64,000 bases of DNA from the human T2T-CHM13v2.0 reference genome, Homo sapiens. The stretch lies in NCBI RefSeq assembly GCF_009914755.1, contig NC_060938.1; one strand, given 5' to 3'. The notes under the pieces are model-generated. The model was given only the letters and a program-made list of their open reading frames with translations. It was not told the DNA's origin and made no database searches. Positions 33,463-45,835 of the stretch are shown piece after piece. The stretch's first letter is position 1. Every line of letters begins with the position of its first letter. The position numbers and the translations under genes were made by a program.

Positions 33463-33824
33463 TGTATTAGTCTGTTCTCATGCTGCTAATAAAGACATAC
33501 CTGAGACTGGGTAATTTATAAAGGAAAGAGGTCCAACTGACTCACAGTTCCACATGGCTGGGGAGGCCTCACAATAATGGCAGAAGGTGGATGAGGAGCA
33601 GTCACGTCTTACATGGCAGCAGGCAAGAGAGAACTTGTGTAGGGGAACTCTCCTTTATAAAACCATCAGATGTTGTGAGACTTATTCACTATCACAGAAC
33701 AGCATGGGAAAGACCTGCCCCCATGATTAATTACATTTCATCAGTTCCCTCCCATGACCACATGGGAATTATAGGAGCTACATTCAAGATGAGACTTGGG
33801 TGGGGACAGAACCAAACCATATCA
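33463..33824 (-). mobile_element. THE1 solo LTR
   Basis: tgtattagtctgttctcatgctgctaataaagacatacctgagactggg ... ccaaaccatatca. Confidence 0.9.
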
Positions 33825-34866
33825 CTTGTTTTACATTTAAAGTCTTTTAAAATAATTATTACATATACAACATTGAAAATATCAGAAACCAAGGAGATAT
33901 TTTTCTGCCATCCCTTCTCAAGTCTAAGTGAATGTTTTCATTTGCCTATGTCAGCTTCTGAGCCTTGTCCATGAGAATCTATGATTTTTATGTTTATATT
34001 GCCATAATATAATTATATATTTAAAATAGTCATCCACATGATGTCATATATTTTCAGAAGATTTGTCCTATAACCCAATTAAGCAGCCTGGTACAGCTCT
34101 GTAGATAATGGAGGTAATTTTACCACTAACTTAGCCTAAGATATTTTCATTAAAGGTTTCCCTTTTAAGGAAAAAATGTACTTAGCCTGGTTACTCTGAA
34201 AGCTGATATAAAAATGTATAAGCCTGTAGAGGTCACACGACATGATGTTTGCCTTTCCTTATCTGTTGTATGCCCCTCAGTGCCCACATGCTTCATCCCC
34301 TCACCCCCATGCTTGGCACAGAGTAGGAGCTCAAAAACTATTTGACGCATGAACAAATGATACTTTTCTTGGTTGTATGGTGAAATTACAAAATAGAATT
34401 TCTCAGGAACTGGGACAGAAGACTCCAAAGTTAGGCCTGAGAACAGGGTAGGGTGGACACCAGCAAAGCAATCAGGAAAGGCAACCGGAAACCCCATCGT
34501 AAAGGCCAGCTACAGTGGCTGAGAGGAAACGTGTGGTTTCCTGAATTGCACTTGTTCAAAACCTTCAACCTTAAAGCATGATGTATGTAAACCTTATCAA
34601 GGACCCACAGCTGGCCCAACAGTCACACTTTGGGGTTGTTTTCTTTAAAAGGTATTTGTAATCTTAGGGTTCCTAGGATAAATACGGAGTTGTAAGCCAC
34701 TGTAGCATGAAAATAAAGCTGCAAAGAATTGAAGTAGGTATGCTTCAGAAGAACAACCCATGCAATATTTTTAGAGGAAGGATTCTTAAGCTAGTGTCCA
34801 TTGGGTCTCCTCTGGGTACCATAGAAGGGCTTCAGGAAATGGTGAACAGCCTGAGATTGATGTAAA

Positions 34867-34942
34867 GTGTGTGTGTGTGTGTGTGTGTCTGCGTGTGTGT
34901 CTGTGTGTGTGTGCCTGTGTGTGTGTGTGTGTCTGTCTGTCT
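34867..34942. repeat. Interrupted (GT)n/(GTCT)n microsatellite
   Basis: Read directly from the sequence. It lies about 2 kb upstream of the PTGDR ATG. Confidence 0.95.
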
Positions 34943-35839
34943 ATGGAGGAGACCACAGCTTTCATCAAATTCTCATGTCTTTTGGTTATGGGGCCTGCTC
35001 TTCCTTTCACTTCATTAAGTCGAGTGGGGCTCTTCTAAACCCATTCTTATGTGCTAGGGGCTAGAGATGGGAATGAGAGAGAGTAGGTAGAAGACAAGGG
35101 AACTAACTCTATACGAGGCCTTCTATTGAGTCAATATAAGTGAAAGGCTTAGAGAGTGTCCAACCTGCATCAGGACCAATAAATATTAGCTCTTATTATT
35201 ATTATTACACTATGCCAAAGCACTTCAAGTTTTCTCAACCTCACAACAACCCCACAAGTTCAGCATAAGTCTCATATTCCATTAGGTTGAACAACTAACC
35301 CAGGGTCACACAGCCAGTGGTGGAGTTCAGAACTATCTAATTCCAAGCTTAGATTCTTCTTTTCCACCCTGTGGCCTGAATTACTGGCCAGACTTTCAGT
35401 CTGGAGGCAGCCTCTCTGTCTACCCTTCAGGCTTTCACATCTAAATCCCAAGGGTCTTGCTCTTTCCCTGAGTCTGTCCATCAGAACTGGCATGAGGCCT
35501 AAAAATGAGCCGTTTCAAGCCCAGGCATCATCTACTCACTTACATAACAAAACCTTAGTCATCCCACTGAGATTCCACACTCAAAGCCAATTTCTCTCAC
35601 AGGGCATCGAATGCTAGTTAAAGATATAAAATCACGCTTATCACAATTAACTCCCTTGCCTTTATGATGCAGCCAAGTCAAAGCCCAAACAGGAATAAAT
35701 TTTTTCTAGTAGCCACAAATCAGAGGAGTGAGAAAGCTCTATGCCAAATCTACCATTTTCTGATTTCAAAATCCATGCTAAAAACTGCAGTTAAACATCA
35801 GCTACCAAAACACCCTTCTATCAAATAAGAATCATGGTG

Positions 35840-36310
35840 ATTGCATGAATTGAGCACTTTCTATGTACTTGCTCTTTACGTGTTATTTCTATGCCTCAGA
35901 AGAGCCAAGCAGGCCAGATAGATGTTACTGCTTGAGAGGCTAAGCAAGTCCCATAAGGTCACACACACAGTGAGGAGCAGAACCTGGACTCAAACCCAGG
36001 CCTATCTGATGACAGCAACAGTGCTGCTAACCATGCCCTTCCCCCCAGCTCTCTACAGTCAATGTGATTCATGGCACCCAGGACCAACACTGGCTCTTGG
36101 CTTTCCCACAAACCACTTCCCTGAAATCTGGACAACTTCTTGGGAGGAGGAGTCATGGGAACAGGACAGATGAACTCCAAAATAGAAGATCGGGTGAGAG
36201 GTCCGGCTCTGCTACTTCTGTAGCTCTGTCACCACGGGCAGATCACTTAACTTTCCAAGGCCTCAGTTTCCTCGCCTATGCAATGGAGATGACCGTGAAT
36301 GCCCCAAATT
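35840..36310. mobile_element. MIR fragments upstream of the PTGDR promoter
   Basis: aaggtcacacacacagtgagg...ggactcaaacccagg and gggcagatcacttaactttccaaggcctcagtttcctc. Confidence 0.65.
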
Positions 36311-36800
36311 GCGCTGATCTAGTAGAGAAGAGGAGCTAAGGCTCAGGGGCTTTCCAGACGTGAGTTATCTTTACCTTTCCTTGACTAGCTAATTCAAGAC
36401 AACTAGGTAGAAGCCCTTTCTCAGCCTCCCCTCTTCGCTCATCTTTCGAGTTCTTGGCCACCCCAGTTCAAACACCAGCACCACTGCCCTCCTCTCAGGT
36501 GGCTGCTGCTTAATTTCCCCTCCACTTTAGTAGTTCTTCTCTTGCCTCGCTAGAAGGACTGGTGTTGGGTGCTTGGAATTCTGGCTATTTTCCTCCTGCC
36601 GTTCCGACTCGGCACCAGAGTCTGTCTCTACTGAGAACGCAGCGCGTCAGGGCCGAGCTCTTCACTGGCCTGCTCCGCGCTCTTCAATGCCAGCGCCAGG
36701 CGCTCACCCTGCAGAGCGTCCCGCCTCTCAAAGAGGGGTGTGACCCGCGAGTTTAGATAGGAGGTTCCTGCCGTGGGGAACACCCCGCCGCCCTCGGAGC
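36300..36800 (+). promoter_or_regulatory. PTGDR proximal promoter
   Basis: GATA motif TTATCT at 36365-36370, Sp1-like cccgcctct near 36720-36728 and a GC box at 36783. No canonical TATA box. Confidence 0.65.
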
Positions 36801-38020
36801 TTTTTCTGTGGCGCAGCTTCTCCGCCCGAGCCGCGCGCGGAGCTGCCGGGGGCTCCTTAGCACCCGGGCGCCGGGGCCCTCGCCCTTCCGCAGCCTTCAC
36901 TCCAGCCCTCTGCTCCCGCACGCCATGAAGTCGCCGTTCTACCGCTGCCAGAACACCACCTCTGTGGAAAAAGGCAACTCGGCGGTGATGGGCGGGGTGC
37001 TCTTCAGCACCGGCCTCCTGGGCAACCTGCTGGCCCTGGGGCTGCTGGCGCGCTCGGGGCTGGGGTGGTGCTCGCGGCGTCCACTGCGCCCGCTGCCCTC
37101 GGTCTTCTACATGCTGGTGTGTGGCCTGACGGTCACCGACTTGCTGGGCAAGTGCCTCCTAAGCCCGGTGGTGCTGGCTGCCTACGCTCAGAACCGGAGT
37201 CTGCGGGTGCTTGCGCCCGCATTGGACAACTCGTTGTGCCAAGCCTTCGCCTTCTTCATGTCCTTCTTTGGGCTCTCCTCGACACTGCAACTCCTGGCCA
37301 TGGCACTGGAGTGCTGGCTCTCCCTAGGGCACCCTTTCTTCTACCGACGGCACATCACCCTGCGCCTGGGCGCACTGGTGGCCCCGGTGGTGAGCGCCTT
37401 CTCCCTGGCTTTCTGCGCGCTACCTTTCATGGGCTTCGGGAAGTTCGTGCAGTACTGCCCCGGCACCTGGTGCTTTATCCAGATGGTCCACGAGGAGGGC
37501 TCGCTGTCGGTGCTGGGGTACTCTGTGCTCTACTCCAGCCTCATGGCGCTGCTGGTCCTCGCCACCGTGCTGTGCAACCTCGGCGCCATGCGCAACCTCT
37601 ATGCGATGCACCGGCGGCTGCAGCGGCACCCGCGCTCCTGCACCAGGGACTGTGCCGAGCCGCGCGCGGACGGGAGGGAAGCGTCCCCTCAGCCCCTGGA
37701 GGAGCTGGATCACCTCCTGCTGCTGGCGCTGATGACCGTGCTCTTCACTATGTGTTCTCTGCCCGTAATTGTGAGTCCCCGGGCCCCGAGGCAGCAGGGC
37801 ACTGAGACTGTCCGGCCGCGGATGCGGGGCGGGAAGGGTGGAGCGGATCGGGATGGACGCGGCGCCAGGCGAGCTGCGCCCTGGGCCAGGAAGGTTTGCT
37901 GCTGAGTTCCCCAAATTGGATTCCTTCCACAGCCCCGAGATATAACTCAGTTTGCGGAGCGAAATGAGGGAAAGTTAGAGAAAGGAAGGGAAAGGCTGAG
38001 CCCGGCGGTGTCTCCCTAGC
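36590..38020. promoter_or_regulatory. CpG island covering the PTGDR promoter, exon 1 and the start of intron 1
   Basis: Abrupt rise in GC and CpG density (cgcagcgcgtc, gccgcgcgcgg, ccggccgcgg) against an otherwise CpG-depleted window. GC boxes such as ccccgccgccc at 36783. Confidence 0.9.
36925..37770 (+). CDS. PTGDR: Prostaglandin D2 receptor DP1, coding exon 1 (aa 1-282, TM1-TM6)
   Basis: ATG in gccATGa context at 36925. Translation [38 protein letters not shown]...[15 protein letters not shown]...QYCPGTWCF (prostanoid-receptor ECL2 motif)...MCSLPVI. The exon is 846 nt and ends at the donor ATT|GTGAGT (37771). An intron at the end of TM6 is the conserved prostanoid-receptor position. Confidence 0.98.
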
Positions 38021-38560
38021 CCAGCAAAACCCTCTCCATGTGGCAGATCTCCCTCCTCTCTGCTTCCTTCTGGGGAGATCTCGAGGTCATTTTTGCGCCT
38101 TAGGAGGAGCAGAACTTAGTTTCTCCTTGGCAACAGGAGTCTTCTACTTCCCGACGGCTGGGTGATGTTTTATTTTGTTAGACCTGCTCATGACTTCAGT
38201 GGTATCAGAAATGGGCGAATGGCGTCTGGGACGATCTTCTCCCCGGTGTTGGCATAGAAAGGGAAAAAGAGGTTTAAGCCAGCCAGAGTGATTTGCAGAT
38301 GCATAGTTTTAATTTTGAAAAACGCGTGCGTAAACTTTGAGACGCCACGGCTGCTGTTTCTGGTGCTGCATCCGCCAGGGATTGTGGCGATGGAGGCCGA
38401 GGCTCTTTGTATGTTTTAGCTGCTGGTGTCGTTTTGACAACCTGACTTGACGGGTTTTGAGTGTATCTTGGCAAGTGAGGTGACATGAAAGCCATTATCT
38501 CCGGTTTCAATTTGGTAATGAGGATAGCGATGGAAATGAAATTATCTCCTCATTTTGAAG

Positions 38561-38605
38561 GCATTTGTTCCTGGAGTCCCCGCCAAGACACCTGGGAGTA
38601 GGTGA
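38561..38605 (+). CDS. PTGDR: Candidate alternative PTGDR exon giving a truncated 296-aa isoform ending AFVPGVPAKTPGSR*
   Basis: Acceptor tctcctcattttgaag|GCA is in phase 0 with exon 1. It gives 14 codons then TGA at 38603-38605. A possible donor AAG|GTACCT lies at 38651/38652. This agrees with my recollection of a short annotated PTGDR isoform, which I could not verify here. Confidence 0.6.
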   Translation, partial: AFVPGVPAKTPGSR

Positions 38606-39148
38606 GGCTTGAGGAAACATTTTCAGTGCTGCTCCTCTCCTTTCTCCCAAGGTACCTGTTCAACAAAAACAATACTTACAGAAATTCCATTGCCAATCCC
38701 ACGTTCTCGAAATCCTGAGACTTCTGTGAATAGGAAAGTTGTTAAATTTCTTCTCAGAATGTAGCCATTTTGGATATTACTTTCAATGGTGAATGAAAGG
38801 GAAATACAAAGCGATTTTCCTTTAAATGAAGGCCTTACTGCTTGCGGAAAAAGAAGTCTGGGGCATCAGCATGCAGGGGTGGGAACAGTATGCCCCCAAA
38901 ATAAATAAACAAATACATAAATCTATATCTATCTAAATGTAGATATAGGCGCAGATGACATATAGCAGTGGTCTTCAGAATCACCAGCTCAGAATCACCA
39001 GCAAGGCTTCTAGAAAAAAAGATGGCTGGACCCCATTCCCCAGAGTTTCTAATTCAGACATTTTTAAAGAATTTTCATTCTTAACAAGTTCCCAGGTGAT
39101 ATGCAAGCTCAGATTCAGGGTTCACATTTGTAGAATCACACTCTAAAA

Positions 39149-39812
<664 letters not shown>

Positions 39813-40443
39813 TTTAGGAGCTCCTATTGTAAAGTTGGGGCCTCACTTATCTATGCTGTGACAAAGTAGACAGTAGCCAAATGCATGGAAATTTTGACCT
39901 GAGTTTGAATGTTTTAGTCAGACCAATGCAGAAAGCAGCATCATACAGTGGAAAGAACATTGCATTTGGACATGTCTCTACGGAGACTTGGATAACTCCT
40001 AGGGTATTGTGAGGATTGAAGAAAATCAATGGAGTTGAAAAAGATTTTCCAAAAAAACTAGCAAGTTCCAAATATATTTAATGTTGACAGCATTCTTCAC
40101 AAGAACCACTATTTTCTAGAGAGGATAAGGGCTTTAGCATCAGACATGGTTTTGAATCAGGCTTCATCACTTACTAGCTATGGTAGCAGCTAATTTACCC
40201 TTTCTGACCTCAGTTTCCTCATCTGTAAAATGATTATAACCATACTTGTTTTGTAAGATAGTAATGAAGATTTGAAATTACATACATAATATATACATTC
40301 ATCACCTAGCCCAGTGTCTTGCCTCAATATATTAGCATCATTATTATTACTATTTATAACTTCCATGTATTATTGTTGCCTGCTGGACATAAAAAAAAAT
40401 CAAGAACTATTATCTTCCCAGGAGATAGTGCTATATACTAAGG

Positions 40444-40985
40444 CAGTGGCTCTGAAACTTTTTTTTGGTCTAAGGACCCCTTTATACTCTTAAAATTATT
40501 AATGACCCAGATGGCTTTTATGTGGATTAAATCATCAGTATTTCTCATATTAGAAAATAAAACTAAGAAATTCTAAACATATGATTGCAAAACAAGATAA
40601 AATGTACCTCTTGTGTTTTCCATATGTACAAGGAAAATGTGGGGATTTCACAATGATTTGATGACAATAAGGTTACAGAGATTATAGCAAGTAAAGTGGA
40701 AAAATCCTGTTAAGAGCACAAAAGTACTGAAAACAGTCTCTGAAAATTCACGTGTGTACCCTCAACCTGCCACCTTAAAAGGTCTAGAAAACACAAGGAT
40801 AAACAACCACATATTCTATTCTTTGTGAAAGTGATGTCATCATTTGTTATCTAGCCTCCGTAAAATTCACTGTACACTTGTGAGAGAATGAAGGGGAAAA
40901 AGGCAAATCACATGTTTGTAATGACAGTAGTTTTGACCTACTGGACACATTGAATAGGTATTGGAGATTTTACACTATTCTAAGT
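40444..40985. mobile_element. Charlie1-like hAT remnant (PTGDR intron)
   Basis: cagtggctctgaaactttt...ggtctaaggacccctttatactcttaaaattatt ... actgtacacttgtgagagaatga. Confidence 0.6.
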
Positions 40986-41299
40986 AATGGACCTAGCAAT
41001 TGTATCTTTATCTGAAGGGGGAGACATGGGTGACAATAAGCTATATGGTTAAGTTGACTTAAAAAGAAAACATTTTACATGAGTTTTTTTTCTATTTGCC
41101 CCTTTCTCCTCAAAGTGGAGTGTGGCAAAATATAGTTCCAACTATTTGAGAATGCTTGATTAGTTGGGATCTAGACAACTGAATGATACTAGCATAATTA
41201 AAACAAATTATTTTATTTTCTAGGCAGCATTTATCCATGTCAAATCCATTAGGTTGACATTCAAGTCACTGGATTTGTATTAGAAATGTATTGTTCATT

Positions 41300-41592
41300 G
41301 GGGCTGGTGGCTCACACTTGTAATCGTAGCATTTTGGGAGGCCAAATCAGGAGGACTGTTTGAGCCCAGGTGTTTGAGACCAGCCTGGGCAACACAGTGA
41401 GACCCTGCCTCTACAAAAAAAATAAAAATAACTAGCCAGGCGTGGTGACACATGCCTGTAGTCCCAGCTACTTGGCTGAGGTGGGAGGATTGCTTGGGCC
41501 CAGAAGGTCAAGGCTGCATTGAGCCTTGATTGTGCCACTGCACCCCAGCCTGGGTGACAGAGTGAGACTCTGTCTTAAAAAAAAAAAAAAAT
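41300..41592 (+). mobile_element. AluJ
   Basis: J-type gaggtgggaggattgcttgggccc and gtcaaggctgca. Confidence 0.92.
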
Positions 41593-42022
41593 ACATGGGC
41601 ATTTTTAAAAGTGCTCAATATCCAGAAAGAATTGGTGTGAGAAGAACGCCCTCTGATGGAGTTGGGAGTCATTGAAATAATGTTGTTGCCACCTCCTGGA
41701 CATCCCTGCCAGGCAGCCCTCTCTGGCTTCTGATGCCCTCTTCTATCCAGTCCACGCACTGTAACACAACAGACCTTGCCCTCTGCTCTATCCCTTTAAA
41801 TCTACCTCAGACCCTTTCCCTGGGCCCATCACTTGCCTGTTGTCCCTTACGGGCCTCCAACAGCCTCCTTTGAAAGGAGCATCGCACCTATTCTTTCTGC
41901 TCCTCAAAATGGCATACACAGGAGAGCTCTCTCATCTCTGATTTCATGGATTCTGACAAGTGATTAAATAGCTTGTACTTATCTTTACCTGGCTTACAGA
42001 CCCTCTCTCTCGTAACGCCTAG

Positions 42023-42421
<399 letters not shown>

Positions 42422-43839
42422 TGAAAATATGTTATATGCCTTAGAGAATGCCTCTGAAGCTCATGCCATATTCTCTACACTTGCACTTTCTTCCGATTGT
42501 ATCAAACTGGAAATTTGAAAATTCAATCTAGTTAAGTGTTCAGCATTAAAGTGAATTTTAAAAATCATACTCCAACAAACTTTTCATCAAGATTAATCAA
42601 ATACAATATTTATGTTATGGAGAAGTTGTTAAGATTCCCTCCGCCCCCGCCCGACTTCAGATGGGCGAGGGCATCCAGATTAAACAGCTGAGTCCAGTGT
42701 AAGGTGTCTTCCTAAATGCACTAGATTGGAGTGGCTGAGCCTGCTGAAATGCTCTACAGAGAAGAAAGTAGAACAGTAAGGAAATGATTATGGGAAAAAT
42801 GCATCTTCTCCAGGAGATGCTCTCTGATTGCCTCGAATGGGTCCAGTCTCTTATCCATATCCCTTCTTACTAATGTTGAGTTTGCACGCTTCCTGTTCCA
42901 TTAGAGTCCATTTATCCTAAAATGTATTTAGAATTGTAGGCATAGAGAATGTAATGGAAAAAAGAAAAAAGTGGCCAGCCTTAGGCAGAGTGGAAAGCAA
43001 TGGTTGTGCTGATCTAGAGATCAGTGTTGGCTGAATGGGAGGAAAAGCTGTTGTTTGAGGCACTTTGCAGGGCTCCAAGGAGGCTACAGAGACCTCAGGG
43101 AAGATCAAGACAAGAGGAGTTGGTTGGACCTAGGTAAGGCAGCCTTATATTTTTGTGCATGTTTTTGCCTTCTAGATTGAACAAGAAAAAAAAAAAGGAT
43201 GTCAACCATGAAAAAGTAACAATTTGTGCTAAAAATAAGTATAGCAATTTACATGAGTTGAACAGTATTTTTTTCCAAGTCATCTCAGGTCTTTTCATTG
43301 TCATATTTCCAATCTCTTCACATTGATTAAAAGCTTCCATTCTATTGGTGTCTCCATACATGTGACATTTCACAGGTGTGACTTATTTCTGAGAGAACTA
43401 ATAGGAGAAGATAGGAAGCAGGGAGAAGAAAGAAAGGAGAACTGAAGAAAGTAAGTGCAAGGACACTAGCTGGAAAGAGATTCTGTATTTATGAAAGCAT
43501 GCTGACCCTGTTTCTAAAAGATTCAGCAGATCTTCATGGCCTGGCAGGGACCTAGAAACTTGAGCCCAGCAGGTAGAATAGCCTTCAGGGACTTAATCAG
43601 ACTGGGTCTCCGACAAGTACTCAGCTTCCTTCCCACCTCCCAGGTCTGGCCACACCCCACCTTCCCAGCTCCCCACTTGCACCCATCAGCTGCTGTGGCC
43701 TTAGCTACTTGTAAATGTACCAAAAATGGGTGTTCCAAGCTAAGCTGTCATGTTCTTACAGTAACTTAGGTGAAGTAAGTGAATCCATTGCTGCCATTAA
43801 CCTTTCCACATCATAATGGAATGTTTTTCTTCAAAACAG

Positions 43840-44073
43840 TATCGCGCTTACTATGGAGCATTTAAGGATGTCAAGGAGAAAAACAGGACCTCTGAAGAAG
43901 CAGAAGACCTCCGAGCCTTGCGATTTCTATCTGTGATTTCAATTGTGGACCCTTGGATTTTTATCATTTTCAGATCTCCAGTATTTCGGATATTTTTTCA
44001 CAAGATTTTCATTAGACCTCTTAGGTACAGGAGCCGGTGCAGCAATTCCACTAACATGGAATCCAGTCTGTGA
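43840..44073 (+). CDS. PTGDR: PTGDR coding exon 2 (aa 283-359, TM7 and C-terminal tail)
   Basis: Acceptor tttttcttcaaaacag|TAT, phase 0. Translation [50 protein letters not shown]...MESSL*. It carries the TM7 Arg and DPWIF motif of prostanoid receptors. 282+77=359 aa. Confidence 0.98.
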   Translation, partial: YRAYYGAFKDVKEKNRTSEEAEDLRALRFLSVISIVDPWIFIIFRSPVFRIFFHKIFIRPLRYRSRCSNSTNMESSL

Positions 44074-45835
44074 CAGTGTTTTTCACTCTGTGGTAAGCTG
44101 AGGAATATGTCACATTTTCAGTCAAAGAACCATGATTAAAAAAAAAAAGACAACTTACAATTTAAATCCTTAAAAGTTACCTCCCATAACAAAAGCATGT
44201 ATATGTATTTTCAAAAGTATTTGATATCTTAACAATGTGTTACCATTCTATAGTCATGAACCCCTTCAGTGCATTTTCATTTTTTTATTAACAGCAACTA
44301 AAATTTTATATATTGTAACCAGTGTTAAAAGTCTTAAAAAGCAATGGTATTAATTGTCCCTACATTTGTGCTTGGTGGCCCTATTTTTTTTTTTTAGAGA
44401 GGCCTTGAGACATACAGGTCTTTTAAAATACAGTAGAAACACCACTGTTTACGATTATACGATGGACATTCATAAAAAGCATAATTTCTTACCCTATTCA
44501 TTTTTTGGTGAAACCTGATTCATTGATTTTATATCATTGCCGATGTTTAGTTCATTTCTTTGCCAATTGATCTAAGCATAGCCTGAATTATGATGTTCCT
44601 CAGAGAAGTGAGGTGGGAAATATGACCAGGTCAGGCAGTTGGAGGGGCTTCCCCAGCCACCATCGGGGAGTACTTGCTGCCTCAGGTGGAGACCTGAAGC
44701 TGTAACTAGATGCAGAGCAAGATATGACTATAGCCCACAACCCAAAGAAGCAAAAATTCATTTTTATCTTTTGAAATCCAGTTTCTTTTGTATTGAGTCA
44801 AGGGTGTCAGTAGGAATCAAAAGTTGGGGGTGGGTTGCAAAATGTTCTTTCAGTTTTTAGAACCTCCATTTTATAAAAGAATTATCCTATCAATGGATTC
44901 TTTAGTGGAAGGATTTATGCTTCTTTGAAAACCAGTGTGTGACTCACTGTAGAGCCATGTTTACTGTTTGACTGTGTGGCACAGGGGGGCATTTGGCACA
45001 GCAAAAAGCCCACCCAGGACTTAGCCTCAGTTGACGATAGTAACAATGGCCTTAACATCTACCTTAACAGCTACCTATTACAGCCGTATTCTGCTGTCCG
45101 TGGACACGGTAAGATCTTAGGTTCCAAGATTTTACTTCAAATTACACCTTCAAAACTGGAGCAGCATATAGCCGAAAAGGAGCACAACTGAGCACTTTAA
45201 TAGTAATTTAAAAGTTTTCAAGGGTCAGCAATATGATGACTGAAAGGGAAAAGTGGAGGAAACGCAGCTGCAACTGAAGCGGAGACTCTAAACCCAGCTT
45301 GCAGGTAAGAGCTTTCACCTTTGGTAAAAGAACAGCTGGGGAGGTTCAAGGGGTTTCAGCATCTCTGGAGTTCCTTTGTATCTGACAATCTCAGGACTCC
45401 AAGGTGCAAAGCCTGCTGCATTTGCGTGATCTCAAGACCTCCAGCCAGAAGTCCCTTCCAAATATAAGAGTACTCATGTTTATTTATTTCCAACTGAGCA
45501 GCAACCTCCTTTGTTTCACTTATGTTTTTTCCAGTATCTGAGATAATATAAAGCTGGGTAATTTTTTATGTAATTTTTTGGTATAGCAAAACTGTGAAAA
45601 AGCCAAATTAGGCATACAAGGAGTATGATTTAACAGTATGACATGATGAAAAAAATACAGTTGTTTTTGAAATTTAACTTTTGTTTGTACCTTCAATGTG
45701 TAAGTACATGCATGTTTTATTGTCAGAGGAAGAACATGTTTTTTGTATTCTTTTTTTGGAGAGGTGTGTTAGGATAATTGTCCAGTTAATTTGAAAAGGC
45801 CCCAGATGAATCAATAAATATAATTTTATAGTATT
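44074..45835 (+). other. PTGDR: PTGDR 3' UTR (end approximate)
   Basis: Repeat-free AT-rich stretch from the stop codon to AATAAA at 45813-45818, with several ATTTA pentamers and U-rich sequence downstream. Confidence 0.75.
45813..45818 (+). terminator. Polyadenylation signal AATAAA for PTGDR
   Basis: Context gaatcAATAAAtataatttt, with upstream TGTA motifs and downstream T-rich elements. It implies an mRNA of about 3 kb. Confidence 0.7.

Noticed and set aside
37065-37805. 246-aa overlapping ORF in another frame of PTGDR exon 1, and antisense ORF 37420-37914
   Set aside because: The 246-aa frame has no AUG. Both are the stop-poor shadow frames expected in a GC-rich coding exon, with low-complexity Ala/Gly/Pro content.
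37771-37905. C-terminal part of the 365-aa ORF ([10 protein letters not shown]...)
   Set aside because: Read-through past the canonical GTGAGT donor into intron 1, not part of the spliced protein.
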